DNA of 64,000 nt from Candidatus Magasanikiibacteriota bacterium (GCA_016182085.1 JACOYB010000005.1:66061-130060); one strand, 5' to 3'; counted from the stretch's first letter, positions 1-10,948 are shown. The notes: generated by a model from the sequence alone, not told the origin. A program made the numbers and translations.

Positions 1-95
1 TGGGGGCTACTTGACCCAGAAGCAGCATGTGCGTTCCCGTAGGTTCGGCAGAAAAATTGTAAATAAATTCTTTGTCCACAATATTTTAATTTAAA

Positions 96-1976
96 TTATT
101 TATAATCAAAATAGTTCTTATCTCCGGTTGTGCTAAAATTATCCCGGTTATGCCAAAAATAATTCCAGGCGCATGCCGGTTTGCGCTCACAGACATCTAT
201 TATCCTAAACAGGTTGGCATACCGGAGCATGCTCTGCAAAGCGTATGGAGTTACCAAACAAACTACCACAGCCGATATGGCTAAAAATTTATATAAAGCG
301 CCGGGTTTAATATATATATTATAAATTCCATAGGCGGCCAGCGGCACAAAAAACCAAGCGGAGATATATACGGTCCTGCCAATAAACAATGGCCAAGCGT
401 AATACGACATACTGGAAGGTATTACCGCCAGCAAATAAATCTTTATGTTTGAATGTAAATTATGCCAATTTTTGATTATAAAAAATAACCCAAGCAAAAC
501 AAAAACCCACAATATATTATAGGTAGTGGCGTGAACTCCGACCCATTTAAACAACGTGTAATTTGAGGGCGCAAAAATCCGCCAATTTTCTATAAACCAC
601 TGGGCGGAATTATAATCCACATCCTTGCCCCGAGCCGCGTTTATAAGAATTGTAAAAAATGGCAGAAAAGAAAAGTAAACAAAATTTAATATTTTATTTT
701 TCCATGAATCTTTGTTAATTAAGAAAAGAATACCGACAAATAAGGCGCCCATACAACCGCTCTCTTTAGTTAGCACGCCAAAGCTTACCGCCACCCCGCC
801 TAACAAAAGCCATTTGATTTTCTTATTTTCCCACCAAAGCCAGCCGGCATAAATAGTAAGCAAAAACCAAAAATAACCGCCAATATCCTGCACTTGCGTT
901 AAAGAATAACGTATCATGGGATAGCCGGTCATAATAATGAGCGCGGATACCAAGCCTGTGAATTTACTTTTAAATACCCTTCGGATCAGGTCGTAGGTAA
1001 CAAACACCAAACCAAAGTAAAAAATAATATTAGTCGCTATCAGGCTATCTTCCACAGATAAAAATCTAAATATAGTTGCTCCGATTACGGCATAAAAAGG
1101 ATTGAGGTACCTATTTGGATGCGCTACCACTGAATCAGGGAAACTTCCTCTAAAATATTCCATTAGCCACAAAAAACTATCTGTATCGTTATTTGGGTGA
1201 AAACCAAATAACGCTTTAAATATTAATAAATTTAAGATCGCCGCGACTCCCAAAATGATTCCTATCTTATGCTTATGTATGAACTTAAAGATTCTTGGCG
1301 CGCGATATTCTAAAAATACTTTCAGCGCCACCAAAGCGTCCCGCCAGCCAATTTTTTTACCTTCTTCTTTTGTGCGTGGATAATAATTAATTGGTATCTC
1401 AGCTATTTTTATGCCTCTTAACGCAGACAGGGCTGTAACTTCTGGACAGAATTCAAACCGCTTACAGGCCAAAGGCAAACTTCTTAAAAAGTCAGTTTTA
1501 AACATTTTATAGCAGGTTGGCTCGTCAGTAAGTTTTTGACCATATAGAATATTAGCGACCCAAGTCAAAAAAACACCCCCCAGATAATAAGATATCCCCG
1601 CGTACTTCTTATTCTCTTTATTCAGCCGACGAGATCCGTATAATACTTCCAAATTATGTTCGCGGATATATAAAAACATCTTTACCAGATCTTGCGGATC
1701 GTATTCTAAATCCGCATCTTGGATTACCGCATATTCTCCCGTAGCTTCGGCTAGTCCCGTGCGAATAGCCGCGCCCTTACCGTTATTTTTTTCGTGATAC
1801 AAAATCTTATACTTATTTTCATTTTGCATTGAGCGCAATATTTCTCGGGTACCATCCGTTGAACAGTCGTCAACTATAATAACTTCTTTAACAATATCTA
1901 AATGCGCCACTTTTTCTAGAAGCGGCAAAATTGTATTTTTTTCATTATAAACTGGAATGATAATGGTTAACTTCAT
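96..1976 (-). CDS. Fusion of GT2 polyprenol-phosphate glycosyltransferase (DPM1-like) and multi-TM GT-C/PMT-like domain
   Basis: N-terminal IIIPVYNE, VDDCSTDGT, QDADLEYDP and FEFCPE motifs; C-terminal ~400 aa is polytopic membrane. Confidence 0.85.
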   Translation of the reverse strand: MKLTIIIPVYNEKNTILPLLEKVAHLDIVKEVIIVDDCSTDGTREILRSMQNENKYKILYHEKNNGKGAAIRTGLAEATGEYAVIQDADLEYDPQDLVKMFLYIREHNLEVLYGSRRLNKENKKYAGISYYLGGVFLTWVANILYGQKLTDEPTCYKMFKTDFLRSLPLACKRFEFCPEVTALSALRGIKIAEIPINYYPRTKEEGKKIGWRDALVALKVFLEYRAPRIFKFIHKHKIGIILGVAAILNLLIFKALFGFHPNNDTDSFLWLMEYFRGSFPDSVVAHPNRYLNPFYAVIGATIFRFLSVEDSLIATNIIFYFGLVFVTYDLIRRVFKSKFTGLVSALIIMTGYPMIRYSLTQVQDIGGYFWFLLTIYAGWLWWENKKIKWLLLGGVAVSFGVLTKESGCMGALFVGILFLINKDSWKNKILNFVYFSFLPFFTILINAARGKDVDYNSAQWFIENWRIFAPSNYTLFKWVGVHATTYNILWVFVLLGLFFIIKNWHNLHSNIKIYLLAVIPSSMSYYAWPLFIGRTVYISAWFFVPLAAYGIYNIYIKPGALYKFLAISAVVVCLVTPYALQSMLRYANLFRIIDVCERKPACAWNYFWHNRDNFSTTGDKNYFDYK

Positions 1977-3148
1977 ACATCCGTAAGAGTTTTATAAAGA
2001 TTGCTGATTTTCTCTGCATAATTTTGGGAATTAAACCTTTGCATTTCAGTCTGGCAAGCCAATTTTAAGCTAGCATAGGACGTCTGATTATCTAAAGTCA
2101 TAAACGCGTCAGCCAGCGCTACCGGATGCGCTGGCGGCACAAGCAAGCCAGCCTTGCCCACTACCTCGGGGATCGCGCCCGAAAAAGTAGAAATAACTGG
2201 CGTGCCGGCAGAAATGGACTCAGCTAACACAAAACCAAACTGCTCTTGCCAAGTAAAAGTACTGAGACTTGCCAAAATTAATACTTTGACAAACTTATAC
2301 AAACTACGAACCTTATCATTCGGTAAATATTCAATAAATTTTACACTTGCTCCTAATCCCATTTCACCAGATAGTCTGACCAGATTTTTTTGCTCCGGGC
2401 CCTTGCCGATCAAAACTAAAACTGCATTATTTTTTTTAGATTTTTTTAAATACATTCTCCAGGCATACAAAATATCGTATACGCCTTTTTCTCTTACCAT
2501 TCTATTTACGACTAAATATATTTCTCTTTCGGCTAAACCCAGCTCTTTCACAATATTTTCTTGATTTTTTTCATCCGGCCGCACTATAGCCGGGGTAACA
2601 ACTTGCATCTTTGATTCTGGCACGCCTAAATCGGATAACAACCCCGCTGAATACGCGGTAACCGGCAAAAACATATCTACGCCGGAAATATTTTCTTTGA
2701 TAATTTCATTAACTTTTTTTCGCCAATACGCCGGAGACATTTTTAATTTTGGCCAATAATTATATTCAAAACGGCCAAAGCTGTTATCCCAGACCGTAGT
2801 CACAACTTTCAATTTTTTATTTAACGATTTAGCTCTCACCGCTTGAGTGGTGTAAAAATAATACACTTCGGCGGTGTGGGCGATATCATAATTAGCTAAT
2901 AATTTTTCCAGCCCGCCCATTTTTTGAAAAATTCCAAAATAATATTTATAGAAATTATGAATAAAAATATTATCCGTAGTTGTCGGTAATTTGATGACCG
3001 GAAAGCGCAGATTAGAAGTGCTGTATAGATTTTTTTGACTGCAAACACCGGTTACCGCAAAAGTATCGGTCAAACTATGCCACAGAGATCCTTCCCATTC
3101 GCTGAGGCTATCTCCACGCACCAGAGCTGCTTTTTTTTGAGTATTCAT
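1973..3148 (-). CDS. GT4 family glycosyltransferase
   Basis: EQFGFVLAES (EX7E) and SGAIPEVVG motifs. Confidence 0.9.
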   Translation of the reverse strand: MNTQKKAALVRGDSLSEWEGSLWHSLTDTFAVTGVCSQKNLYSTSNLRFPVIKLPTTTDNIFIHNFYKYYFGIFQKMGGLEKLLANYDIAHTAEVYYFYTTQAVRAKSLNKKLKVVTTVWDNSFGRFEYNYWPKLKMSPAYWRKKVNEIIKENISGVDMFLPVTAYSAGLLSDLGVPESKMQVVTPAIVRPDEKNQENIVKELGLAEREIYLVVNRMVREKGVYDILYAWRMYLKKSKKNNAVLVLIGKGPEQKNLVRLSGEMGLGASVKFIEYLPNDKVRSLYKFVKVLILASLSTFTWQEQFGFVLAESISAGTPVISTFSGAIPEVVGKAGLLVPPAHPVALADAFMTLDNQTSYASLKLACQTEMQRFNSQNYAEKISNLYKTLTDV

Positions 3149-3167
3149 AAAATCTATCTCCCGCCTA

Positions 3168-3980
3168 TTAATACTGATTCTTTTTTAAAGAGTTGATACG
3201 TTTCGCTAATTTATATTGATATACAGCTATTTGCATGCTAATTATAAAACCATACCAGCCGTCTTTCCATGTATTCTTTAAGGACCCCAGCAAGTAATAA
3301 ACAAAATTAAAATAAGAATAAAAAACTGGATGATTTAGATAGCGCTTATACCAATCTTGGAAATCAGCCGGGATAAGATCGGCGTTAAACTTTTCTAAAT
3401 TAGAAAGCCCCTTTGAAAAATAAGCGGCATCGCGATCAATCCGATTTCTAAGCTGGCCGGAAAACCTGCCCCAAGCCACCTTACTTTGCTTGGGCTGGTG
3501 TTCTAAGATACAATCTACTTTTTGAGTTTTACCGACTGTATGTATAGAAAAATTATGGAGCCCGATCATCCAAGCCTTTGATCGGTTAAATAAGCAGGGG
3601 CGATAGTTAGAGGCGGTTACATACCGCTCGCCATCCCACAAAGGCCACTTAAAGGCGTAGGCTCCCAAAGTTCGGTCTAATGTATCATGTTGTAAAAAAT
3701 TTTTCAATTTGTCCGATAAGAACTCATCCGCATCAATCATAAAGACCCAATCATTTTGCGCCTGTTCTAAGATAAAAATACGATGCGGATCACTGCCGCC
3801 TTGCCTGGTACGAACATGCACTTTATCCGTAAATTCACGGGCAATCTCGAGAGTTTTGTCCGCACATTCTCCATCATGAACTAAAATAATTTCATCAGCT
3901 ACATCTTTGATGCTTTCCAAACATCGCCTAATCAAATTCTGCTCATTATAAACTACTAACCCAAAAGAAATTTTTGTCAT
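3168..3980 (-). CDS. GT2 family glycosyltransferase
   Basis: VVYNEQ...RCLES and IDADE motifs; start moved to MTKISF (ATG 3980) to avoid overlap with the upstream gene. Confidence 0.85.
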   Translation of the reverse strand: MTKISFGLVVYNEQNLIRRCLESIKDVADEIILVHDGECADKTLEIAREFTDKVHVRTRQGGSDPHRIFILEQAQNDWVFMIDADEFLSDKLKNFLQHDTLDRTLGAYAFKWPLWDGERYVTASNYRPCLFNRSKAWMIGLHNFSIHTVGKTQKVDCILEHQPKQSKVAWGRFSGQLRNRIDRDAAYFSKGLSNLEKFNADLIPADFQDWYKRYLNHPVFYSYFNFVYYLLGSLKNTWKDGWYGFIISMQIAVYQYKLAKRINSLKKNQY

Positions 3981-3985
3981 AAAAA

Positions 3986-5311
3986 CTATGGAACTTGTTT
4001 TTTTAATTTTACAAACCCCCGAGATATTAATGAGTCGAGTACGCGCCAATACCAGTATAAGACCTTTCTTCTAAGCTCTGATGAAATATTTTGTGAATGC
4101 GAAAAATCTAACCGGCTTAATTTCTGATATTGCTTGCCATACTCCAAAAGCATCTCAGCTGAAGGAAAAATTTGTTTTAACACTTCGGAGCTCGGTACTA
4201 TACCAGCTAATTGCTCATAAGCTAATTCATATTGTCTAATGCCTACTGGTAAGCCAAAACTTTTTTCCACCTTTTCTCGGCCAGCCTTACCAAAGGCTTC
4301 CACATGCTGCGGCTTACCCGCTAAATCTGCGATCGCTGCAGTTAGACCGCCCACACTATGAACAACCCAGCCAGTTTTACCATTTTCAACTTGCTCTAGC
4401 TGTCCATTATCCCAGTGAGGCGTATTTTCAACCACGATGGGTAAAGACCAAACCATGGCTTCATTCAAGCTATTTCCAAAAGCTTCGCCGCGACGCGAGG
4501 TATGAATGTATATATCAAGCATCTGATACGTTTCGGCAATTTCTTGCTCCAATGATGATTCTGGCAATACGATTACCCTGCCATCAAAAAAATGATGCTT
4601 TTTTAACCAATTCAAACGAGAAGCGGGTATGGTACGAAACAAAATTTTAATTTTATTATTTATTTTAAATATATCCGGCAAAGCGGATAAAACTAAATCG
4701 CCCCATTTAACCGGATCATTGCGTCCGATACGCCCCAGCAGTATTTCATCTGATTTTACGCCCACAGCCTCGCGCAATGCTTGCCGACGTTCCGGTGAAA
4801 TCTGAAACTGCTGGAAATAACTTATCGTAACCGGATTATATATCACGCGCTGCTTAAGACATTTGTTTTGTTCGGCTTGTTTACCTTGCCAAATTCGCTC
4901 ACTCACCATCATCATGCTTTTAAAAATTTGTAAATCAAACTTTGGGCCAAGATTTGGATCAGAAAAAGCAAATACATTGGTTTCCATAAGTTTTTTTGGA
5001 CGCAAATAATCAGTCGCGGCTTGATGCAGCTGCTCAAATTGGCCGCTGCGATGGAAATGTAAAATATCAATATCCGGATTTGGCATTAACTCTTTTATTT
5101 TCTCCAGAGTTCCATTTCCAATTAAAATCCGCACGCCTTTTTCTTCCAATAATTTAACTCTGGACCCGCCTCGCTCCAAACAAAGCACCGTTACATCAAA
5201 TTTTGATTTATCTAAATACAAAGCCAGAGTCTGCACTGTTCTTTCGGCGCCGCCAATATCAAAGATATTTGTCGCGATAACTATTTTAATTTTATTGCTT
5301 GTCATAGGCAA
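3986..5311 (-). CDS. GT4 family glycosyltransferase
   Basis: GGAER near N-terminus; EAFGNSLNEAM motif. Confidence 0.88.
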   Translation of the reverse strand: MPMTSNKIKIVIATNIFDIGGAERTVQTLALYLDKSKFDVTVLCLERGGSRVKLLEEKGVRILIGNGTLEKIKELMPNPDIDILHFHRSGQFEQLHQAATDYLRPKKLMETNVFAFSDPNLGPKFDLQIFKSMMMVSERIWQGKQAEQNKCLKQRVIYNPVTISYFQQFQISPERRQALREAVGVKSDEILLGRIGRNDPVKWGDLVLSALPDIFKINNKIKILFRTIPASRLNWLKKHHFFDGRVIVLPESSLEQEIAETYQMLDIYIHTSRRGEAFGNSLNEAMVWSLPIVVENTPHWDNGQLEQVENGKTGWVVHSVGGLTAAIADLAGKPQHVEAFGKAGREKVEKSFGLPVGIRQYELAYEQLAGIVPSSEVLKQIFPSAEMLLEYGKQYQKLSRLDFSHSQNISSELRRKVLYWYWRVLDSLISRGFVKLKKQVP

Positions 5312-7220
5312 AAAAAGTCTGCAGCCATTGTTTTAAGAGCAGTAAACACCATAAATGATTGCTGTAATCTGCCCGTCCTTTTTTATGGTCTTCCAAAAGT
5401 TTTATAATACAATTTTTATTAAAATATTTATACAGTAAACTATCCGAAACAATCAAACTATCATAGACATAACTGTATAGTTCATTCCGCATCCAAGATC
5501 CGATCGGGATGCCAAAACCAATTTTACGCCGAGCGATGATTTCAGTTGGAATTTTATCTTTTACTATCTCTTTCCAAATCCACTTTACTTGTCCGTTTCT
5601 AACTTTATATTGCTCGGGCAAACTCAAAGCCAATTCTACCAGCCGATGATCTAAAAATGGCGCGCGATTTTCCAAAGCGGAAATCATGCTGGCAAAATCA
5701 ACTTTTAACAAATAATTATCCCCCAGCCTGCCAACGATATCGGCAAGCATCGCTTTATTCATTGTGCCGTAATGCGAAACCCTGCCTTCTCCCCACCACT
5801 GGCGCATTAATTTTTCAGACAAATCAAAATCAATCTGTTCTTTGAGCTCATCAGAATATAAATCGTCTTTGGTCAAATAAAAATGGCTTTGTTTTAATTC
5901 TTTTTTCCAAATTGCGTAATAATCAACATAGGCTTGCTCTAAACTATGGCTCAAGACCTCGGCGCGATAAAATAATTTTTGCAACGATAGTTGGCCGGTA
6001 GCCGCCAGCAACTTTGCGGCTTGTGGAATAATTTTTTTATAAACCACGCCTGGCAAACTTTGATAATTCTTTAAATTTCTTAGAAAAGAATGGTTTGGAT
6101 AACCGCCAAAACATTCATCGGCGCCATCTCCGGTCAAAACCACGGTAACATGCTTTTTTGTTTCCTTGGCCATAATCATCGTTGGCAAGGCGGCATTATC
6201 AAAAAATGGCTCCTCAAATTGATGCACGAGCGCTGGCAAATTTTCTACAACATTTGGCTCAATAATAATTTCCGTATGATCTGTCTTAAATCGATCTGCG
6301 ACAAGTTTTGCAAAAGACAGCTCGCTTTGAGCCTGGTCTTTAAGACCAACTGAGAAAGTTTTTATACTGCTTGTAGATACTTCCGCCATCGCGGCCACAA
6401 CCGAACTTGAATCTAAACCGCCGCTTAAAAAAGCGCCTACCGGCACGTCGCTAATCATTCTGCCTTTAATTGAATCTTTAAATATATCCCAAATATCTTT
6501 TTTCCATTCTTCCAGCGACTTATTTTTATTTTCTTTGGCATAATCAAAAGCTTGCCAGTATGGAGTAACAGAAATATTTCCTTGTCGCCAAATTAAATAA
6601 TGGCCGGCTGGCAATTTTTTAATATGTTTAAATCCGGTCTGGGGCGCTGGCACAAACCGATAGGTCATGGCCAAATCTACCGCCTGCCAATCTGGTTCTC
6701 TGGCCACGCTTGGGTCTATTAAAATTGATTTTAGTTCGGAGGCAAAAATAAATTTCTCTTGATCTGCATAATACTTAAATGGTTTTTCACCCAATCTATC
6801 CCTGGCTGCAAATAAAGTTTGTTCTTGATTATCCCAAATCGCAAACGCAAACATGCCGTTTAACTTATCCAAACATTTTTCTTTCCACTGAATATATGCG
6901 TTTAATAACACCTCTGTATCGCTTTGCGTGTTAAAACTCCAACCCAAGCCGATCAGCTCATTCTTAATTTGTTCGTAATTATAAATTTCACCATTAAAGG
7001 TAATGATAAAACGGCTATCCCGGCTCAGTTTGGGCTGATGACCGCCTGGCGACAAATCAATAATCGCCAAACGACGATGTCCCAAAGCCACAGTCTCTGA
7101 TTGGTTCATCCAGGTGCCATCGCTTTCTGGACCGCGATGCCGCACCGCCAAAAGCATCTTGGCAAAAAGATTTTTATCAATTTTTTGTTTGTTTTGAATA
7201 ACACCGACAATACCGCACAT
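5292..7220 (-). CDS. asnB: Asparagine synthetase (glutamine-hydrolysing) family amidotransferase, probably glycan amidation
   Basis: MCGI N-terminus, HRGP, FNGEIYN, LSGGLDSS, GDGADE motifs. Confidence 0.93.
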   Translation of the reverse strand: MCGIVGVIQNKQKIDKNLFAKMLLAVRHRGPESDGTWMNQSETVALGHRRLAIIDLSPGGHQPKLSRDSRFIITFNGEIYNYEQIKNELIGLGWSFNTQSDTEVLLNAYIQWKEKCLDKLNGMFAFAIWDNQEQTLFAARDRLGEKPFKYYADQEKFIFASELKSILIDPSVAREPDWQAVDLAMTYRFVPAPQTGFKHIKKLPAGHYLIWRQGNISVTPYWQAFDYAKENKNKSLEEWKKDIWDIFKDSIKGRMISDVPVGAFLSGGLDSSSVVAAMAEVSTSSIKTFSVGLKDQAQSELSFAKLVADRFKTDHTEIIIEPNVVENLPALVHQFEEPFFDNAALPTMIMAKETKKHVTVVLTGDGADECFGGYPNHSFLRNLKNYQSLPGVVYKKIIPQAAKLLAATGQLSLQKLFYRAEVLSHSLEQAYVDYYAIWKKELKQSHFYLTKDDLYSDELKEQIDFDLSEKLMRQWWGEGRVSHYGTMNKAMLADIVGRLGDNYLLKVDFASMISALENRAPFLDHRLVELALSLPEQYKVRNGQVKWIWKEIVKDKIPTEIIARRKIGFGIPIGSWMRNELYSYVYDSLIVSDSLLYKYFNKNCIIKLLEDHKKGRADYSNHLWCLLLLKQWLQTFFAYDKQ

Positions 7221-7229
7221 AAACAATAT

Positions 7230-7334
7230 TTAGAAATTGTTATAAATAAATACTTCCGAAGAGCCTTTGGACAAGACAAGCAAAGCCCCAAGCATTATAG
7301 CGAGCAGCATGCCAAATAATATATTTTTTGCCAT
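7230..7334 (-). CDS. DltX-like 34-aa membrane peptide (acyl shuttle)
   Basis: Hand translation MAKNILFGMLLAIMLGALLVLSKGSSEVFIYNNF*; single TM helix, C-terminal FIYNNF motif, AAGGAC just upstream, fills the gap between SDR and asnB. Confidence 0.85.
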   Translation of the reverse strand: MAKNILFGMLLAIMLGALLVLSKGSSEVFIYNNF

Positions 7335-7345
7335 GTCCTTAGAAA

Positions 7346-8062
7346 TCATAATTCGCTTGATTCTCCGGCGGTTACGGGCACCGACAGGCCGCTTAAATAT
7401 TTCGCTTTATCGGATATTAAAAATAATACTACTTCGGCAACTTCTTCGGGCGCTACCAAATGTTTCATTGGATTTTTTTCAACCAAAAAATCATCCATAC
7501 GGCCCGGAATATCTTTATTAAGCTTTGTTCTCATAAAACCCGGAGCAACCGCATGTACGCGCACGCCATGAACGAGAAGCTCGTGGTTCATTTGTCGCAA
7601 CACGCCCCGCAAAGCATATTTAGCCGCGACATATCCGCCCATTTTACCAGATGTGTAATTTGGCTCAGTTACGGCTGAGGTAACTCCGATAACCGCGCCA
7701 TGTTTTTGATTTTTCATAACTTGGCCAATTTCTTTCAGCACATTAAAGCCGCCAAAAACCAACGTCTCAAAATCTTCCCGGAATTCTTCGGCGGATAAAT
7801 CCAGCATATGTTGGCGCTTGATTTCCGAGGTAGCAGTGTAAATACAGGCATCAATATTGTTAAACTTTTCAATAATTTGTCTTATGGCTTCTTGTACTTG
7901 CGCCATGTCTCTAATATCACACTTAAAAAATACATATTCTGAATTGGCATCAAAACTTCTGGATATAATCGCTACCGCGTATCCTTGCCCGGCTAATTTT
8001 TTTGCCACAGCCTTGCCGACATCGCCATATCCGCAAACTATAGCTACTTTAGGATTTTTCAT
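7346..8062 (-). CDS. SDR family oxidoreductase (FabG-like ketoreductase)
   Basis: CGYGDVG Rossmann motif, YVAAK catalytic motif, VAPG. Confidence 0.9.
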   Translation of the reverse strand: MKNPKVAIVCGYGDVGKAVAKKLAGQGYAVAIISRSFDANSEYVFFKCDIRDMAQVQEAIRQIIEKFNNIDACIYTATSEIKRQHMLDLSAEEFREDFETLVFGGFNVLKEIGQVMKNQKHGAVIGVTSAVTEPNYTSGKMGGYVAAKYALRGVLRQMNHELLVHGVRVHAVAPGFMRTKLNKDIPGRMDDFLVEKNPMKHLVAPEEVAEVVLFLISDKAKYLSGLSVPVTAGESSEL

Positions 8063-8066
8063 ATGA

Positions 8067-8486
8067 TTATTTTAATAATTTTACCAGAGCCTTTCCTTCG
8101 ATCATGCGTTCGCCTGTTTCTATATTTTTAATGCTGGTTTCTATTTCTATAGTTTTAAAGGCCTCAACTTTTTGAGTTACCTTGCCCGATACTTCAACCA
8201 TAGTGCCTAAAAAAATTGGTTTTTTAAATTGCAATGTTTGCGATAGGTATAGACAATACTCACCCGGCAAATATACGCCAACAAGTTTTGAAAACAAACA
8301 GCCGCCGATCATACCGTGAGCCACGCGCCCCTTAAATTCAGTAGCGCGAGCATATTCACTATTTGTATGCAATGGGTTTTCATCTCCCGAAAAAGCCGCA
8401 AAGTTGTCTACCACTTCTTCCGTAACTGGAAAAGCAAAGCTGGCTGCATCGCCGATATTAATCTCGTCAAATGTGTACTTATTCAT
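8067..8486 (-). CDS. MaoC/PhaJ-type hotdog dehydratase
   Basis: SGDENPLH and VAHGM motifs. Confidence 0.92.
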   Translation of the reverse strand: MNKYTFDEINIGDAASFAFPVTEEVVDNFAAFSGDENPLHTNSEYARATEFKGRVAHGMIGGCLFSKLVGVYLPGEYCLYLSQTLQFKKPIFLGTMVEVSGKVTQKVEAFKTIEIETSIKNIETGERMIEGKALVKLLK

Positions 8487-8715
8487 GGCTTTTGCCTCCT
8501 TTTGATTCTACCAGTTTAGTAGCGTCGCCAAAATTTTTAACCGCCATCGCTTCGTCAAACGTAAATTTAACTCCAAATGCTTTTTCAATTTCCGTAATTA
8601 AAATAATTGCATTAAGCGAATCCCAGGCCGGACAATTATCCGGAGATAGATCATCGTGTATATTTTCTACGGACATGCCCAGCACAGCTGCAAAAACAGT
8701 CTTTAACTTTTCCAT
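8479..8715 (-). CDS. Acyl carrier protein
   Basis: 78 aa, acidic, WDSL phosphopantetheine site; start MEKLK (ATG 8715). Confidence 0.9.
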   Translation of the reverse strand: MEKLKTVFAAVLGMSVENIHDDLSPDNCPAWDSLNAIILITEIEKAFGVKFTFDEAMAVKNFGDATKLVESKGGKSHE

Positions 8716-8717
8716 AA

Positions 8718-8879
8718 TTAAAATAGCGTATAAATAAATGGGGCGAGCGGCGATGTCTGCGCAAACACAAGCAAAGTCGCGAACAAGAACAAGATAATTA
8801 TAATTGGCGCTAACCACCACTTTTTTCTTATTTTAAGAAAACTCCACATTTGTTTAAGCAACCTGAGTGTGTCGTTCAT
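8718..8879 (-). CDS. DUF5989/SxtK-like 53-aa membrane peptide
   Basis: Hand translation MNDTLRLLKQMWSFLKIRKKWWLAPIIIILFLFATLLVFAQTSPLAPFIYTLF*; RKKWWLAP...APFIYTLF signature; tightly spaced between neighbours. Confidence 0.88.
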   Translation of the reverse strand: MNDTLRLLKQMWSFLKIRKKWWLAPIIIILFLFATLLVFAQTSPLAPFIYTLF

Positions 8880-8883
8880 ATTA

Positions 8884-10614
8884 TTAATTATTAATTATTA
8901 ATTCTATTTGAGTTCCGGCTGTTTCATGATTATTTAAGTACTCGTCAGCAGTTAGCTCGTAATCTACAGCCTCTTCATTGCTTTGTATTATTTTAAAATC
9001 CATGCTGGCATAAAAATCTTTAGCTGGAATATTTTTAGCAGTAGGGATATACTTTGCGGTTATACGTTCTACCCCCTTGGCGTGCAAATCGCGAATAATA
9101 TAATCCAAAAATGTTTTTTCAATTTCTCGGCCCATTACTCTGCAGCTCATTAAAAATGAATCCACCGCGGCAATTTTATCTTTTATTTCCACAATCGCCA
9201 TAATAGTTAATCCGTAATCGCCAAATTTATCTTTGACTGTCCCGCCATAGACCAAACCTTCTTTCATAAAACCTTCAACTGCGGTTTCCGCATACCTGCG
9301 CGTCGTTAAATTGAATTGGTTTGTTTTATTAGTAAGTTGGGCTAGGCGCTCTAACTGGTCTCTACTATTACACCTAATTTGCATAGATATGGCAAGCTGG
9401 GCCATATACTCAGCCGGGCTTTTAGCGGTAGAAATGATATTTTTTCGCGTTAACTCAGCCGCGTACATTTTGCCTTTGGACTTATCTTCTTCGGTTAATC
9501 TAAACTGGCTAAAAATATTAAGTGAAAATAAAGTCTGTATATATTCTTCGGGTGAAATCGTAAAATGCGGCACAATCACGTCTGGCAAACGACTTTTTAC
9601 CAGCTCTCTATTTACCGGATCATCATCAAAGAATACTAAACTATCCATGCCAATATTTAATTCATTGGCTATTTCTATTAAGTTTTGCGCCTTATCATTC
9701 CAATTTATTTTAGTCGCGGCAAAATGTTCTTTTTTTAAAATCATGTATGGATGTCTTTCAAACACCTCATCTACATCTGTCATGTTGTTACGGCTATTAA
9801 TCGCCAAGATCATGCCGCGGTTATAACATTCTAAGAGCGCTCTTTGAAAATTTTGAAAAGCTACGCCCGGATACTCCGGTCCTAGCGCGATACCGTTTAA
9901 ACCAACTTCTCCGACAATGCCGCCCCACAGCGTATTATCCAAATCCACTACAATACATTTTTTTGTTTTTCCGGCCAAAGCATATATATACGGCAGCCAC
10001 TCGTTTGCCACATAAAGCAGGAAATCATTGGTAAACGGCATGTCAAAAGCATAGAGCCCGCGATAATCGCGAGCGTTGCGCTCTCCAAAAAAATGAAGCA
10101 GCCTATTTATATCAAAAATAAATAAATTTTTTTGCTGCTGGGCCAGCTTGTGCAGCTGCGCGTTATATTCTTGTACTTGGCTATAAAAATGACTCTGATT
10201 AAATAAGTTGCCAAACGGTCCCATATATGGCCAGGCTAAAGTACAAAACACAACTGGACCATTTTGTATCTGGCAAAATTCTTGCACGCGCTCTATAATT
10301 TCAGAAAAATGAGAAATATCCTCCGAAAAAGCGGAAGTTATATAATGATTGATATCAAAAAAAATAAAAGTAATGTCGGCCGAATTAGAATGCAGCTGGC
10401 TATCTTTATTATGTAGAAAAAAATTATATTGCTTATATGGTACGCAGTAGAGTTGCGGATAAATATTACTTTCTAAGCAAACACCTACCAATAATTTTTG
10501 CAGCGTAGTATCGGTAAAATTCGTAACAAGATTAATGCGCATGCTAGCCGGGAAATCAGCGGCATTTCTCTGTTTTAGAGTATTGGCCAGTTCAATGTAT
10601 CGTAAAGTTTGCAT
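8884..10614 (-). CDS. fkbH: FkbH-like HAD-IIIC phosphatase / glyceryl-ACP transferase with GNAT C-terminus
   Basis: KKCIVVDLDNTLWGG, FFDD, KTNQFNLT, MSCRVMGR motifs. Confidence 0.93.
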   Translation of the reverse strand: MQTLRYIELANTLKQRNAADFPASMRINLVTNFTDTTLQKLLVGVCLESNIYPQLYCVPYKQYNFFLHNKDSQLHSNSADITFIFFDINHYITSAFSEDISHFSEIIERVQEFCQIQNGPVVFCTLAWPYMGPFGNLFNQSHFYSQVQEYNAQLHKLAQQQKNLFIFDINRLLHFFGERNARDYRGLYAFDMPFTNDFLLYVANEWLPYIYALAGKTKKCIVVDLDNTLWGGIVGEVGLNGIALGPEYPGVAFQNFQRALLECYNRGMILAINSRNNMTDVDEVFERHPYMILKKEHFAATKINWNDKAQNLIEIANELNIGMDSLVFFDDDPVNRELVKSRLPDVIVPHFTISPEEYIQTLFSLNIFSQFRLTEEDKSKGKMYAAELTRKNIISTAKSPAEYMAQLAISMQIRCNSRDQLERLAQLTNKTNQFNLTTRRYAETAVEGFMKEGLVYGGTVKDKFGDYGLTIMAIVEIKDKIAAVDSFLMSCRVMGREIEKTFLDYIIRDLHAKGVERITAKYIPTAKNIPAKDFYASMDFKIIQSNEEAVDYELTADEYLNNHETAGTQIELIINN

Positions 10615-10615
10615 A

Positions 10616-10948
10616 TTATTCCACTATAGCTACAGCCGCCGCGTGAGTATCGCTGTGGCTTAAACTTACCTGAGCCGTGAATTTACGTAGCTTTTCATTT
10701 AAAAACACAACTGTTGGCTTTAGACCGTCTTTTTTAATTTCAAAATCATGCATTGAAACTGGCAAGGGCATGGCTTTGATCACAGCTTCTTTGGCGGCAA
10801 ATCTTGAAGATATATAGGCAAATTTATCGGTTTTTTCTTCTAAAACTTTCATTTCCTCCGGCAAAAATACAAACTCTAAAAAACGGCTTAAACTAGCTAT
10901 TTTTTTAAACCGCTCAACCTCCACAATATCTATACCAATACCTTGCAT
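10616..10948 (-). CDS. acpS: Holo-ACP synthase (4'-phosphopantetheinyl transferase)
   Basis: GIGIDIVE, RFAAKEA, SLSH motifs. Confidence 0.93.
   Translation of the reverse strand: MQGIGIDIVEVERFKKIASLSRFLEFVFLPEEMKVLEEKTDKFAYISSRFAAKEAVIKAMPLPVSMHDFEIKKDGLKPTVVFLNEKLRKFTAQVSLSHSDTHAAAVAIVE

Noticed and set aside
7346-10948. Fatty-acid or polyketide synthase cluster
   Set aside because: No ketosynthase or malonyl transferase; linked to MBOAT/SGNH instead.
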